Origin: a bacterium | GTDB taxonomy: Bacteria; Zhuqueibacterota; Zhuqueibacteria; Residuimicrobiales; Krinioviventaceae | Assembly (NCBI GenBank): GCA_963674595.2 | Contig: CAXXFV010000027.1 | Span: forward strand, 352,001 to 416,000 | Reading direction: 5' to 3' | Length of the DNA: 64,000 nt | Part shown: positions 31,125-42,355 of the stretch, piece after piece | How the letters are laid out: every line of letters begins with the position of its first letter | Position numbering within the stretch: the stretch's first letter is position 1 | Notes under the pieces: model-generated | Told to the model about the DNA's origin: nothing | Databases searched by the model: none | The model's input: the letters and a program-made list of their open reading frames with translations, nothing else | Made by a program: the position numbers and the translations under genes

Positions 31125-32498
31125 CTAGACATGAAGCCAGGGTTGTGCTTTAGAATTAGGCATGGGTAATTCATGATCTGGTTGCGGCATAGGCGGGTAA
31201 TCCGGTGCTTCCAGATTTGTGACCAAATCGGAAATTCGTACCGGCATCCCTGTGGCTATTGAATGATTGGCCGCAACACCACATAATATGGAATAAGCGC
31301 CGCCACGATGATCTGCCGCCCGTAAATATTTATCCGGTTCAGTGTCCGGCTGAAAAATATCCTTCAACATTACAGGATCAGCACCGCCATGACCACCTTC
31401 TCCTCCCCATATATCCACCTCATAAGCCGGGGCAAAATGGGGAAATACCCGTGTCCAGGTCCCTTCTTTTTTTAATGATCCGGGTACGGTCCCGTCACCA
31501 CTAATGTATACCTGTTCTTCACATTTGTGTTCAATGCGGCCTTTGGTACCATTAAAGGTAACAACATACCCTTCCCAGGGCATAAAAGCATTTAGCGAAT
31601 AGGTCAATTGTGCACCACTCTGATAATCGATTATCACTGACATGGTGTCTTCTATATCCATATCCGGACTGAATACACATTTGTCCCGGAGATAACCATC
31701 ATACTTTTCATTTTTCAAATATAAACGGTTCAGGTTTTTTATGGATTCAATGTCCAGACAAAAGTTACATCGCTTCTTCTCAGGACAGGTATAACACCTT
31801 GTATCCCGTTTCAACAATCCATATCGGTCTGCTGTTTTGGGCGTGTAAAACACTCTTTGACCGCGTGCAAAAACTGATTTGGGAACCGTGGACAACCACC
31901 AGTTCACCAAATCAAAATGATGGGTTGACTTGTGAACCATCAGTCCACCTGAATTCTCTTTCTTTCGATGCCAGCGGCGAAAATAGTCAGCGCCGTGTTC
32001 CGTGTCCAGCATCCAGTGAAAATCAACAGATAATATATTTCCGATTACACCGCTCATCAACAAGTCTTTAACCTGGGCCCTGGGCGGTGCATAGCGATAA
32101 TTAAACGTTACCTTACAATGCCGGCCGGTTTCTTTTTGCGTATCCAGAATAGCCTGACATTTCTTTTCATCGATGGTCATTGGTTTTTCTGTTATCACAT
32201 CACAACCGGCTTTCATGGCTTTAATTATATATTCATCATGAGCACAGTCACGGGTCGTGACGATTACACAATCCGGTTTAGTCTCTGTTAACATTTTATC
32301 AAATTCATCCGCCCCATATCCGGGAACCTCTACGCCATAGCCATGTGCCCAGTCAATTCGGTCCTTTAAGCGTCCGGCATTGTTATCACAAAATCCCACC
32401 AGTTCACTGCTTTCTGAATATGTTTCCAAAATTGCTTCACTATACATCTCTCCGCGGGACCCAAGCCCGACTTGAACATATCTTTTTTTCCGTACCAT
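31125..32498 (-). CDS. Gfo/Idh/MocA family oxidoreductase
   Basis: VGLGSRG Rossmann motif, ITEKPM, HGADYFRRWH, GGLMVHKSTHHFDL, GHGGAD. Confidence 0.92.
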   Translation of the reverse strand: MVRKKRYVQVGLGSRGEMYSEAILETYSESSELVGFCDNNAGRLKDRIDWAHGYGVEVPGYGADEFDKMLTETKPDCVIVTTRDCAHDEYIIKAMKAGCDVITEKPMTIDEKKCQAILDTQKETGRHCKVTFNYRYAPPRAQVKDLLMSGVIGNILSVDFHWMLDTEHGADYFRRWHRKKENSGGLMVHKSTHHFDLVNWWLSTVPKSVFARGQRVFYTPKTADRYGLLKRDTRCYTCPEKKRCNFCLDIESIKNLNRLYLKNEKYDGYLRDKCVFSPDMDIEDTMSVIIDYQSGAQLTYSLNAFMPWEGYVVTFNGTKGRIEHKCEEQVYISGDGTVPGSLKKEGTWTRVFPHFAPAYEVDIWGGEGGHGGADPVMLKDIFQPDTEPDKYLRAADHRGGAYSILCGVAANHSIATGMPVRISDLVTNLEAPDYPPMPQPDHELPMPNSKAQPWLHV

Positions 32499-32541
32499 TA
32501 TTTCCTCATTTAACTGTAGATAATTTTATTATATAAAAATT

Positions 32542-32591
32542 CTTCCGCAGGGAATCTGATGCCTTTTCCTTAAATCATATCCCTGCGGAAG
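32542..32591. other. Intergenic inverted repeat (12-bp GC-rich stem)
   Basis: CTTCCGCAGGGA (32542-32553) / TCCCTGCGGAAG (32580-32591). Confidence 0.6.
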
Positions 32592-32611
32592 GTGCCAAGG
32601 AGAAGTATTAA

Positions 32612-34798
32612 TTAGCCCCCTAAACTTACCAAAAATTTCAACATAAAAATAATAAACAACAATACACCAACAGATGATATAAAACCCAGGGTATCCTCTT
32701 TGTCCCATTTTTCCAATTCCCAGTTTGAATTTGGAAAAAGTTTATGATGATCAAATCGCTGTGGATTGGCTAATGACAGGGCCATTTCTTTTTTATCTTT
32801 TTCAATATCCGGATTCACTTTGGTTTTCATTTTTACAAAAAATCTATCCAAAAGCTCCTTATTATCAGCACTGGTGACAAGAGAAACCAGAATTAAAATT
32901 AAGAATGGTGTAAACGTTCTAATAATAACCCGAATCGTTTCATTAAGTGCATAGGGATTATGTTCCAAATTAAATCCCATTTTATCAATAAGGACAAGTT
33001 CCAAACTGATCATTCCTGCGCCATATTTTTGCCCATTTTTATCATATTTTATTCCTTGTGTCCAAAAAATAGATTTGTGCGGCAGGCGATCTATTTTAAC
33101 AAATTTTTCTCCAAGCTTAATGGGGCTGGGTTCAGGACCGATTGCCAATCCTTTTTGATTCAATTCGTGCCATTTGGCAATTTCTTTTTCACGTACTTCC
33201 ACATCCTGTTCATGTGCCGTAAAAGAACGCTCCAATGGTTTTGGTTCCGTCATTTTCAGCAGATAGGAATTTGTTCGTAATGACGGAAATACGACCGGCG
33301 TCAACAAAGAAGCAAGAGTAAAGATAACAAGTGTAGCTACAATGGATGTCCAGGCAGCTTTACGATTGGCACGACGCCATTTCATTCCTAACCAGAAACT
33401 GGCTGCAACAACAATGTTAAACTCCCAGGTAAACTTCATCATTTGTAAAATACTGTCAAACTGTGTTGCCACCAGTGCACCACCAATTACAACAGCAGCG
33501 CCGGCAATTCGTCCCACCAGAATAAAATGTTTTTCACTTCTTTTTTTAGAAAAAGGACGGTATAAATTATGAATTATTAAACTGGAAGCGGTGATCATTA
33601 AACAATCAGCCGTAGACATAAGAGCGGCCATTAAACAGGCAATCATAAGTCCCAGTAAACCTACATTAAGAGATCCCAAAAGATCACGTGCTGTGTAACC
33701 CCATACTAAATCAGGATTGTGGACCTGATCAGCATATAAAACGATGGCGGCCAAACCCAAAAGTCCCCACAGAATTGTGCAGAACCGCTTCATAAAATTA
33801 CCGGATGTAAAGCCCAAACGCGCTGTAAATTCATCTTTGGCGGCGGCAATGGTAACAAGCATATTGGGCGTCATAACCACGTTTATAGTAGACATGACCG
33901 ATATGGCTACAATGTAATACCAGGTAAAATCGATACAGGCCGGAGAACCGAACAAATCAAAAAACGATTCCGGTAACCGCTGGTGAATGGTTGTCAAGGC
34001 ATCAATCATGCCTTCACCGCCATATATTGAATTTATTTTTGAATAAGCAAAGGGCAACAGCATAACCGACAGAATAATTATAAAAAATCCCTGCAACGTA
34101 TCCGAGAGAAAAGCGGCTTCAAGCCCCCCTGCTACGGCATATATCATAACAATTAAACAAACAATCCAGATAATTGCTGTTTCACTAATGTGAGGAAATA
34201 ATTTTTGTGGTTTTTCAAGCTGAAGCTGGGCTAATCTTTCTTTTTCTTCACCGGAAAGTAATGAATAATCTGAATTTTTTAATGTTTCATATTCAAGAGC
34301 TTTGTTGTATTCAACCATTTCCTGTTGATTTAATTCATGTACTTCCTTTGGAATAATGGCAACGATGGTTTTTGTCATGGCGCTGAAACCGATGGCAATA
34401 TTTGCCATCATGCAAAAACAACCGATTACGGCATAAGTTGCCGCCATATTTTTTGAGCCGTATCTTTCTTCAAAAAAATCACCCATTGTTAAAACACGCA
34501 TACGGCGAAACCAGGGAGAAGTCATCCAATACAGCGGAGTTGCAAACAGCATAAGCAACGAACTCCAAATTCCTCCGGCTCCATTTGTATAGGTAGTTGT
34601 TGTTACACCGACAGCATTTTCGGAACTTGTCGCCTGTCCGAAAGCAGCAAAGGTCTGAATAATTTTGCCGGCCCGCCTTCCTGCCAGAAAGTAATCTTCC
34701 TGATTCTCAATTCGTCGCATTGACCAAACTCCGATCAATACAACAACGATAAAATATGCAACAATAACAATTAAATCTATAATGGGAAGTCCAAACAT
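32612..34798 (-). CDS. Sodium:solute symporter (SSS family) with two hydrophilic insertions
   Basis: EDYFLAGRR, TMGDFFEERYGS, AVAGGLEAAFLSDTLQG and LMAALMST motifs. Confidence 0.9.
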   Translation of the reverse strand: MFGLPIIDLIVIVAYFIVVVLIGVWSMRRIENQEDYFLAGRRAGKIIQTFAAFGQATSSENAVGVTTTTYTNGAGGIWSSLLMLFATPLYWMTSPWFRRMRVLTMGDFFEERYGSKNMAATYAVIGCFCMMANIAIGFSAMTKTIVAIIPKEVHELNQQEMVEYNKALEYETLKNSDYSLLSGEEKERLAQLQLEKPQKLFPHISETAIIWIVCLIVMIYAVAGGLEAAFLSDTLQGFFIIILSVMLLPFAYSKINSIYGGEGMIDALTTIHQRLPESFFDLFGSPACIDFTWYYIVAISVMSTINVVMTPNMLVTIAAAKDEFTARLGFTSGNFMKRFCTILWGLLGLAAIVLYADQVHNPDLVWGYTARDLLGSLNVGLLGLMIACLMAALMSTADCLMITASSLIIHNLYRPFSKKRSEKHFILVGRIAGAAVVIGGALVATQFDSILQMMKFTWEFNIVVAASFWLGMKWRRANRKAAWTSIVATLVIFTLASLLTPVVFPSLRTNSYLLKMTEPKPLERSFTAHEQDVEVREKEIAKWHELNQKGLAIGPEPSPIKLGEKFVKIDRLPHKSIFWTQGIKYDKNGQKYGAGMISLELVLIDKMGFNLEHNPYALNETIRVIIRTFTPFLILILVSLVTSADNKELLDRFFVKMKTKVNPDIEKDKKEMALSLANPQRFDHHKLFPNSNWELEKWDKEDTLGFISSVGVLLFIIFMLKFLVSLGG

Positions 34799-34808
34799 TT
34801 AATCCTCG

Positions 34809-35672
34809 CTATCTTCTTTTTGTCATCAATGGTAATACTTGATTGTCGTAGCAGGAGTCAATCTGCAGTCCGTCAACTTCCCAAGCCAACATTTTTCGAA
34901 CATCATTTTGTCCCTGTTGAAAGGCATCTCCTGTTTTATAATGGCTTAAATTTACGCTCGCAATGATTTTTAAACCCATTTTATGGAACTCTTTGAATTC
35001 ATCTTTATTAAAATGCTTGGGTGAATTAAAAATAAAATAAAGTTGATTAAAATTCTTTGGTAACTGCGGCAGCATTTCTCTGGTTGTTTTAGCATCTTTT
35101 CGCCATGCAACCATAGCCTTGCCTAAAAATCTTTCCGTAACTTTATCCTGGTTGTTTTTTGGTCTACCGTCCAGGATAAACAAGGCATTTTTTAAAAGTC
35201 CGTGGTTGCTTAATGATTTCTCCACTTCCATAATATATTGTTCAAGAAATTGGTCGGAAACACCCTTTGTGTCAACCATAACATCAATTCTGCCTTCACA
35301 CCGAACACAATATTCTTCAAAGGTTGGAATTTGTTCCTGGCTTTTTAACAGCTTTATTTGTTTCAGTTCTTCAAGAGTCAGATCAGAAATATTTTTATCA
35401 ATACCTGTTTCTCGTTTTAAATTTTCATCATGAAAACATACAACATGACCATCTTTGGTCACTCTGGCATCAATTTCAATATGTGTATACCCTCTTTGGA
35501 TTGCTTCTTCCAAACCTTTAATACTATTTTCGGAGCGTTCTTCATCGACAACACCACCACGATGAGCAACCAGGATAAAGTCTTTTGGCAGCATCTGGTT
35601 TTTGGAACAAGAAAAAATAAAAAGGATAGTTAAAATTGTCATCAACATGTTAAAATTAATCTTTTTCATCAA
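34809..35672 (-). CDS. Glycerophosphodiester phosphodiesterase family lipoprotein
   Basis: AHRGG, ENS, IEIDARVTKDG and HD motifs; lipobox IFSC. Confidence 0.88.
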   Translation of the reverse strand: MMKKINFNMLMTILTILFIFSCSKNQMLPKDFILVAHRGGVVDEERSENSIKGLEEAIQRGYTHIEIDARVTKDGHVVCFHDENLKRETGIDKNISDLTLEELKQIKLLKSQEQIPTFEEYCVRCEGRIDVMVDTKGVSDQFLEQYIMEVEKSLSNHGLLKNALFILDGRPKNNQDKVTERFLGKAMVAWRKDAKTTREMLPQLPKNFNQLYFIFNSPKHFNKDEFKEFHKMGLKIIASVNLSHYKTGDAFQQGQNDVRKMLAWEVDGLQIDSCYDNQVLPLMTKRR

Positions 35673-35835
35673 ATTACCTTTGTTTAATATTTTTCATTTC
35701 TCTTTTTACAATAAACAAGTCTGTTTGTTTTGCTTGCTCTGATATTAATATATTCAAATAAAAATTTGCATTGAAATATTTAGATATTATTTATATAAGA
35801 AAATTATATTGCTTATTATTTTCTTAAAATAACAA

Positions 35836-37521
35836 TTAGTTAAAACAGTTTTTTAAAACAAAATCTTTAACAACAACCTGAGGATTGTTTGAGTATTTAT
35901 CCAACACAAGGTTATAAAGATAATCTTTTTTCTGTTTTTCCAACTGTGTTATTACCTGATCCTGCACTTGATTAAAGGGAATATATAATTCGTTAATATC
36001 AGCTAAAAATAAAATTGAAAAGCCATCCTTGTTTTTTACAGGCCCTGTCATTCCACCTTTTGAAAGTTTAAATGCAGCTTTTCCTATTTCACCCATGTCA
36101 GATTTTTTTATGTCTCCAAGATCACCCTGTTTCTGCCGAAATCCCTTTCGTTGTGTATATTTTTCAGCCAAATTTCGAAATGTTTTTTCAGTTCTATCAC
36201 CAGCTTTTAATTCTTTAATAACATCCCACGCTTGTTGTTCATTCTTTAACAAAATCTCTAAAACATGCAAATCAGGATTAAAATAATATTTCCTTTTAAT
36301 ATTGGTATAAAAAGACTCATAATCCTTTTGAGATAAGGAATAAGAATCCACATAGTTGTTAAAAAACAGACTTGCAAGAATCTCTGTTCGTTTTTCTGCT
36401 AAAATATTTTGTACCTTTTCATCCTTTTGCACTTTTTTGTTTTTCGCTATATCTAATAAAAAATAATTACGTAGGCTCATTGCAACGGCGCTGTACATTC
36501 CTTTACCCAATGCATTTGGAGATACTGTGTAAAGGTATTTGAAAAACTGTTCAACGGTCCATGCACCACCATCATAAACTGCAATATTTTCATTATGATA
36601 TTTATCAAAAATATTTTGAAATGAGGTTTTTTCCTTTTCCAGATAATCCGGGTTTAGCTTCTTATCCTTAATATTCCTTCTTTCCTTTTCGAACAGAACT
36701 ATTAACGGCAAATTCATTTTAATATTTTTTTCGCTCATCATTTTTTTTATCCGCAGGTCAGCATTATGCTTTAACAAACGGTTGTATAACTGCTGCTCTA
36801 TACTTTTTTTCCTCGTATTAAATTCCATTTCACGAAGAATAGGATTCACGATTTTATTGTTTAATCGAATAATATGCCATCCGTATTTAGACTCTACCGG
36901 TTTAGAAATTTCACCTATATTTAAAGAATAAGCTGCGTTTTCAAAATCCCATTCCAAATCACCCCATTGTACCATTCCTAAATCACCGCCATTTTCTTTA
37001 AAAACCGGATTTTTAAAACATTCTTTTGCAAGATTTTCAAAGGATTCTCCTTTTTGCAGACGGTTATAAAGAGAATCAATACCGGCTTTTGTATGTGAAA
37101 CAAGATGGCTCAAATCCAGTTTTGTATGTTGCCGTTTAAAAGCCTCTTCAATTTCTTCCGGTGTTATGGGTTCCATGGTTTGTTGTATTTCTTTCTCATA
37201 CAATCCGTGAATCATGGCAGAGGCAGATTCTGTTTTCATCAGATTTTTATAAATTAAAGTTGTATCAAAACCAGCATTGACAGCCTCTTTAGCTAAAAAG
37301 TAGGCTGTAATCATTTTGTCTATATGGTTTTTCCTTTGTTCAAAATTATCCTGAACATCTACCGGAGAAAACTGTAAATCTTTTAAATAGCTACGTGCAA
37401 AGGATGCAACTGAAATTTTATAATCATCAACCTGAGCGACAGTTTTATTTTCATCATTTGGTTTGGAACAGGCCAACAGGAATAAAAAGGGTATAAAAAT
37501 ATGTTTGACATTTAATCTCAT
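35836..37521 (-). CDS. Parvulin-type peptidylprolyl isomerase (PrsA/SurA-like) lipoprotein
   Basis: Lipobox LLAC; GESFENLAK, GGDLG and ISKPVESKYGWHII; second parvulin domain. ATG 37521 preferred over 37563. Confidence 0.85.
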   Translation of the reverse strand: MRLNVKHIFIPFLFLLACSKPNDENKTVAQVDDYKISVASFARSYLKDLQFSPVDVQDNFEQRKNHIDKMITAYFLAKEAVNAGFDTTLIYKNLMKTESASAMIHGLYEKEIQQTMEPITPEEIEEAFKRQHTKLDLSHLVSHTKAGIDSLYNRLQKGESFENLAKECFKNPVFKENGGDLGMVQWGDLEWDFENAAYSLNIGEISKPVESKYGWHIIRLNNKIVNPILREMEFNTRKKSIEQQLYNRLLKHNADLRIKKMMSEKNIKMNLPLIVLFEKERRNIKDKKLNPDYLEKEKTSFQNIFDKYHNENIAVYDGGAWTVEQFFKYLYTVSPNALGKGMYSAVAMSLRNYFLLDIAKNKKVQKDEKVQNILAEKRTEILASLFFNNYVDSYSLSQKDYESFYTNIKRKYYFNPDLHVLEILLKNEQQAWDVIKELKAGDRTEKTFRNLAEKYTQRKGFRQKQGDLGDIKKSDMGEIGKAAFKLSKGGMTGPVKNKDGFSILFLADINELYIPFNQVQDQVITQLEKQKKDYLYNLVLDKYSNNPQVVVKDFVLKNCFN

Positions 37522-37650
37522 AATATCTTTCTGGAAAAAATTAATTAATAAGAAGGGCTGCATCTAAATGTTTAAAACGGAATGATATGGCGTACAAACA
37601 TTAAAAACACTTGATTTGATACAGCCCTGCTTTCATTGGTTTGGAGGATC

Positions 37651-38694
37651 CTAAAAAATTAAACCAACAGAAAATCGCTGTGCACTATCTAAAACATCCC
37701 AATCTGACCATGCATAGTCAATGCGTATACCTGTTTGACCACGCCGATACAGATCGATACCTCCTCCAAAGGTAACACCATTAATATGGTCTTTTTCAAA
37801 CATGTTTTCATAACCACCACGCAGATAAAACATGTTATTAAATCCCCATTCAGCACCGATATTGATACCTTCCTTGGCGTTGCTTGGATGGTAAGCATCC
37901 ACACTTAGCAGCAAATTACCCAAAGTCCCCATATTACTTTCATATGACATTCCAATCCTAAATAGAACTGGTAAGTTTGATGCATCTGTATCATAATTAA
38001 CCGGTACACGATCAAAATTTTCTACTCCTTCATCCGGATCAACAATGGTCATTAGATGACGGCCGCCATAGGATAATTTAGTACCAAAATTGGTCATTGC
38101 CGCCCCCACCCTCAATCCGCTAATCATCGTATTATAAAAAACACCAACATCAACGGCAGCGGCCGAACCGGACATCGTCCAAATTCGCTGACGAATATAC
38201 TTGCCGGTAAAGCCAAATGAAAATCTATCTGTCAAGGCCGTAGCCCAGGTAAGCCCAAAAGCAAAATCACGCCCGTCAAACATTTCCCCGGTTCCTTCAG
38301 GCATTTCAACAGTTCTAACCTTTTCTTCACCATAACCTAAACTGATAAGGCTAAAACCAAAAGATGAATGTAACATCGGCAAAGGAACAACAAGCCCAAC
38401 AAAGTCATAATTTGTATCTACCAGCCACTCGTTGTGCATCACTTCAACCTGGACTTGATTTACCCAAGCGATACCAGCCGGATTCCAGTACAATGCTGAC
38501 ACATCATTTGCTACAGATGCGTAAGCGCCTCCCATTCCCATAGCTCGGGCACCGGCTCCAATTTCCAGAAATGAGGCTGCATTTGTTCCGGTTCCGGAAA
38601 CATCCTTAACAAAGCTGACCGGATCACTGCTTTCTGCAAATAGCAATGAAACCGATAACAAAAAAATCAAAATTAAAACTAGTTTTGTATTCAT
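37651..38694 (-). CDS. PorV/PorQ family outer-membrane beta-barrel
   Basis: GTNAASFLEIGAGARAMGMGGA...ALYWNPAG signature; C-terminal Phe. Confidence 0.85.
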   Translation of the reverse strand: MNTKLVLILIFLLSVSLLFAESSDPVSFVKDVSGTGTNAASFLEIGAGARAMGMGGAYASVANDVSALYWNPAGIAWVNQVQVEVMHNEWLVDTNYDFVGLVVPLPMLHSSFGFSLISLGYGEEKVRTVEMPEGTGEMFDGRDFAFGLTWATALTDRFSFGFTGKYIRQRIWTMSGSAAAVDVGVFYNTMISGLRVGAAMTNFGTKLSYGGRHLMTIVDPDEGVENFDRVPVNYDTDASNLPVLFRIGMSYESNMGTLGNLLLSVDAYHPSNAKEGINIGAEWGFNNMFYLRGGYENMFEKDHINGVTFGGGIDLYRRGQTGIRIDYAWSDWDVLDSAQRFSVGLIF

Positions 38695-38710
38695 AATAAC
38701 CTCAATAGGT

Positions 38711-41700
38711 TTATTTAATTATTGCCAATTTACCCTTTACTCCACCAATTCCTGGGGCCTCAACATAATAAAAATAGTATCCGGCAGCGACTTCCAATCC
38801 GTCCTTGGACCGCAAGTCCCAACTCTCGCGCCCTTGAAGGATGGATTCATCATGATTAATTTCACGAACCAATCGTCCAGCAACTGTAAATATTTTAATC
38901 GTACATTTTGCCGGTAAATTTACGAAATCAATACGGCGATTTCCCCGGCCAAGCTCTGTTTCGATTAACTTTGTTTCAAGTGTACTTTGTGCAAGATAAG
39001 GATTGGGTACAACATAAATATCACTAAGATCATCTTTTAGAGTTTGTGACTCTACTATGTTACCTCTCATAGTAAATTCATAAACATCATTACGATTAAA
39101 TGGTTTTTTTGTTGTAACTTTTAAAACGTCACCATTCTCAGGTAAAACAATTTCTTCGTCAGCAGGACTGTTTACATTGAACCGCCACGATTTTTGTGTG
39201 TTTTTATATGTATTATCAGACTGTAAAACCGGTTTGATATAAATAGTAATTTTATCTCCGGGATAAAAGCAACCTGCATATTCTTCAGGTTTCGCACGAG
39301 CCTCACTGTATTTAAAAGGCAATTTGAATTCATCGCCCACATCTGTAACATCCCAAATCTGAAAATTTGTGGGAATCTTTTTCGTCATTGACGTGTCAGC
39401 GCCTACTTTAGATATTCTCACCTCATAATCACGTGGAACAGCTCTCGCAAGATATACATCAAGGTAGCAATCTAAATTAGTGTTACTTTGAACCCATCCA
39501 ACAGTATCTGCAGCAAGCCAAAGATATTCTTGTTTTAAAGCGTTTGTAGTTTTTGCATCATTTGTAATAATCAGTTGAAAACCATCATATATTTTATCGT
39601 CTAAACTGGTTTCTTCATTAGTATTAAAATAAAGGTCTTTATCATCATCGGCCATCGGTATATAGCCCATATTTAATAGAGTATCATCATCTGTAATATC
39701 TACTAAATAACATCCGTTTGTATAACCGGTATATAAACTGTCACCATCTCCGATCAAATCTTGAAAATAACCATCATCCTTAAAACCAATTCGATAAGTA
39801 TGATTGTTTAGTACTTCAGCAGGTGAAATAATATTAATAGATATTGAACCTGTTGCATCACCGTCAACATGTTCAATAGTATCTTTAACATGTGGTTGAA
39901 TATATCCGGCAGACATTTCCTGAGGAATTGTAACCGCACAGTTTTGATCTGTAAATATAACCCTTCCCAAGGCATCTGTTTGAATAGTCATGGAACATTC
40001 GGTTGGTGATATCGGCTGTAAATTTTCCTTTTCAACCAATTCTCTGCTGTAAAAATCGACATCATATCCTTTATCATAGGACGTTACAGCATAATAATAG
40101 GTCCGCCCATTTGTAAGGTTGGTGTCCACAAAAGAGTGCCTCAGACCTGTATCAGTTCCCATAGTCATGGCTAAACCATAATCACTGTCGGCGCCACCTT
40201 CCCGTCCTGTAGTAATTGGATGGGCACCGGTTAAACCATCAATCAAATCAAACTGGGCAATTGGTTCATAGTTGACCGGATTTCCATAAGCATCGGTAAT
40301 GGTTTTGACTTCTGTAAAAGTTGGATCTGTACTTCGATAGATTTTGTACCCTTCGAAATCTTTTCCATAAAGCGGATCCAATGATTCTTCAGCTAGTGTA
40401 TCCCACTGTAAAACAACCTCACCATCTCCGGCAATGGCCTTTAACCACGGTTTTCTCGGCGGTTTGGCAAAATTATAATCATTATCATAAATGATTTGCA
40501 TGGTACGTTTGTTTCGTAAAATATCATCAAAATCATTTCCAAATAAACATGCAATTGCATATCGATGGAACGGATCACCACCATGAGACTCTGCATATTC
40601 TTGCACATTATATAAAGGCACATAACCAGATCCATAAGTAAAACTTATATCATTATCCCAGTTAGGTTCCCTTACTTCTTGACCAGGAACGAGTTCAACT
40701 CTCCAAAAACCATCATCATCAATCATTCTTGAGTTAACACTTCTTAAATAAAAAGAGGTCAATCCAATTTGATCAGACTCATCATTATCCGTATTATCAA
40801 AATTTGGTTCATTTGGATCCGGTTTCCCATTACATTCAGTCCCGTCATCATCCGGTCCGGTATAGTCCTGCATTCCAGGACCAATACCGTCTGTTCCAAG
40901 ATCGTCACCAGGAGATTCAAAATCCAAAAAACCGTTCATATTTTCATCTTCACCACTATCAAGAATACCGTTATAATTCAGGTCTTCCGTGTCATAAACA
41001 CCGTTCCCATTTTCATCATCAAAACTTTGCCAGTCACCGTCATTATCTTTACCGTCGTATTGAGTCTCATCTATCATACCATCTTCATCATTGTCAATAC
41101 CATCTTCCTTTCCAGGGCTCTCTAAAAAGGCAAAACCAAAATAACCGGTGGGAGCTTTGTGTTCAACACGCCAAAGTTCATTTTTATCCCAAACATAAGT
41201 AATATCCTCTTCCGTATCCCAATCCCCAGTATCATTTCCATGTGCATGAGCAACATCAACATCACATACCATACCAATAACAGAATAATCAACAGTTTTA
41301 CCGTAATTGTAAATATCATAAATAGATATTAAAATATCTTCAGCCAACCGTGCAGCCCATTGATAATTTCTAACTTCAACAGTAACACCCAATCCCATTC
41401 TACAATTCGGCCAGGCTGTTGTATCCGGTATATTTGTTCCAGAAAAATTAAATGGATAATATTTAAATTTATCATTTTCATGATCATCCATCACATAAAA
41501 TGATTCCTGGTCAGCCCGAATATACTCTCCAAACTCTCCATTCCAAACACCGGCTCTATAGCCAACAACATCACCATTTCGATCATCTTCAGGGTGATGT
41601 GCCGGCCAATACGTCGGCCAGGTTTCCCGTCGATGACTCATCGCACAATATTCAACAACATTCTGCATGGATAAATCTAAAATTTCATTTCCGTTAAAAT

Positions 41701-42295
41701 CCTCACTCGATTGCAGCATCCCGTCACCTTCACCATCATCATGTGTGTTGGGAAGCCCATCAACACCCATGTCCTCACTAATACCATACATGGGAATGTC
41801 TGTTGCATCAGGGGAATTATGATTATAATATTTTGGAATAGGGGTAAACCAATATTGATGAGTACCATCAGATGAACCGTTAGGATCTCGTTCAAAACGA
41901 TCCGAAACAATATGTATAACATCACCGTTAATATTAAGCACCTGACCGGCAACAAAAAAATTAAACACATAACCGTAACTTCTTTCATTCGCTCCTTTGG
42001 GCCAGTTCATATTGTAACCGCCTGTCGCATCAGAATATCCTTTGGCAAATTGCCCCTGATTGAAAAAACCGGTTTCTACTAAATTACCATCGTGCACAGA
42101 ATAACGGGCATATATGGCATCCCCAACATCGTCGCTGCTTTGTTTTGAAAGTTTATTTGGAACATAATTTCGACTACTCTGATAAACATTTATATCACCG
42201 TTTTTCTTGGTATCTTTGTTTGTTTCTGCGTTCCCTTGAGTAAAAGGTATCATCAGCAAAAACAACACTAATAAATAATTATAAATAAACCGCAC
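38711..42295 (-). CDS. Large secreted TBDR-associated protein with Asp-rich repeats, FN3-like region and atypical C-terminal sorting domain
   Basis: Signal peptide; DxDxDG repeats; GDGEVVLQWD...FEGYKIYRS...YYYAVTSYD; IYVVPNPY...WDLRSKDG...GYYFYYVEAP...GKLAIIK. Confidence 0.75.
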   Translation of the reverse strand: MRFIYNYLLVLFLLMIPFTQGNAETNKDTKKNGDINVYQSSRNYVPNKLSKQSSDDVGDAIYARYSVHDGNLVETGFFNQGQFAKGYSDATGGYNMNWPKGANERSYGYVFNFFVAGQVLNINGDVIHIVSDRFERDPNGSSDGTHQYWFTPIPKYYNHNSPDATDIPMYGISEDMGVDGLPNTHDDGEGDGMLQSSEDFNGNEILDLSMQNVVEYCAMSHRRETWPTYWPAHHPEDDRNGDVVGYRAGVWNGEFGEYIRADQESFYVMDDHENDKFKYYPFNFSGTNIPDTTAWPNCRMGLGVTVEVRNYQWAARLAEDILISIYDIYNYGKTVDYSVIGMVCDVDVAHAHGNDTGDWDTEEDITYVWDKNELWRVEHKAPTGYFGFAFLESPGKEDGIDNDEDGMIDETQYDGKDNDGDWQSFDDENGNGVYDTEDLNYNGILDSGEDENMNGFLDFESPGDDLGTDGIGPGMQDYTGPDDDGTECNGKPDPNEPNFDNTDNDESDQIGLTSFYLRSVNSRMIDDDGFWRVELVPGQEVREPNWDNDISFTYGSGYVPLYNVQEYAESHGGDPFHRYAIACLFGNDFDDILRNKRTMQIIYDNDYNFAKPPRKPWLKAIAGDGEVVLQWDTLAEESLDPLYGKDFEGYKIYRSTDPTFTEVKTITDAYGNPVNYEPIAQFDLIDGLTGAHPITTGREGGADSDYGLAMTMGTDTGLRHSFVDTNLTNGRTYYYAVTSYDKGYDVDFYSRELVEKENLQPISPTECSMTIQTDALGRVIFTDQNCAVTIPQEMSAGYIQPHVKDTIEHVDGDATGSISINIISPAEVLNNHTYRIGFKDDGYFQDLIGDGDSLYTGYTNGCYLVDITDDDTLLNMGYIPMADDDKDLYFNTNEETSLDDKIYDGFQLIITNDAKTTNALKQEYLWLAADTVGWVQSNTNLDCYLDVYLARAVPRDYEVRISKVGADTSMTKKIPTNFQIWDVTDVGDEFKLPFKYSEARAKPEEYAGCFYPGDKITIYIKPVLQSDNTYKNTQKSWRFNVNSPADEEIVLPENGDVLKVTTKKPFNRNDVYEFTMRGNIVESQTLKDDLSDIYVVPNPYLAQSTLETKLIETELGRGNRRIDFVNLPAKCTIKIFTVAGRLVREINHDESILQGRESWDLRSKDGLEVAAGYYFYYVEAPGIGGVKGKLAIIK

Positions 42296-42355
42296 GTCGT
42301 GTTCTCCTTTATTCGTTTAAAAATTTTATATTTGAAAACGACAATTATTATAAAA

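Noticed and set aside
38711-42295. TBDR partner as SusD
   Set aside because: No lipobox or SusD motifs, about twice the typical size, and it ends in a sorting-like domain.
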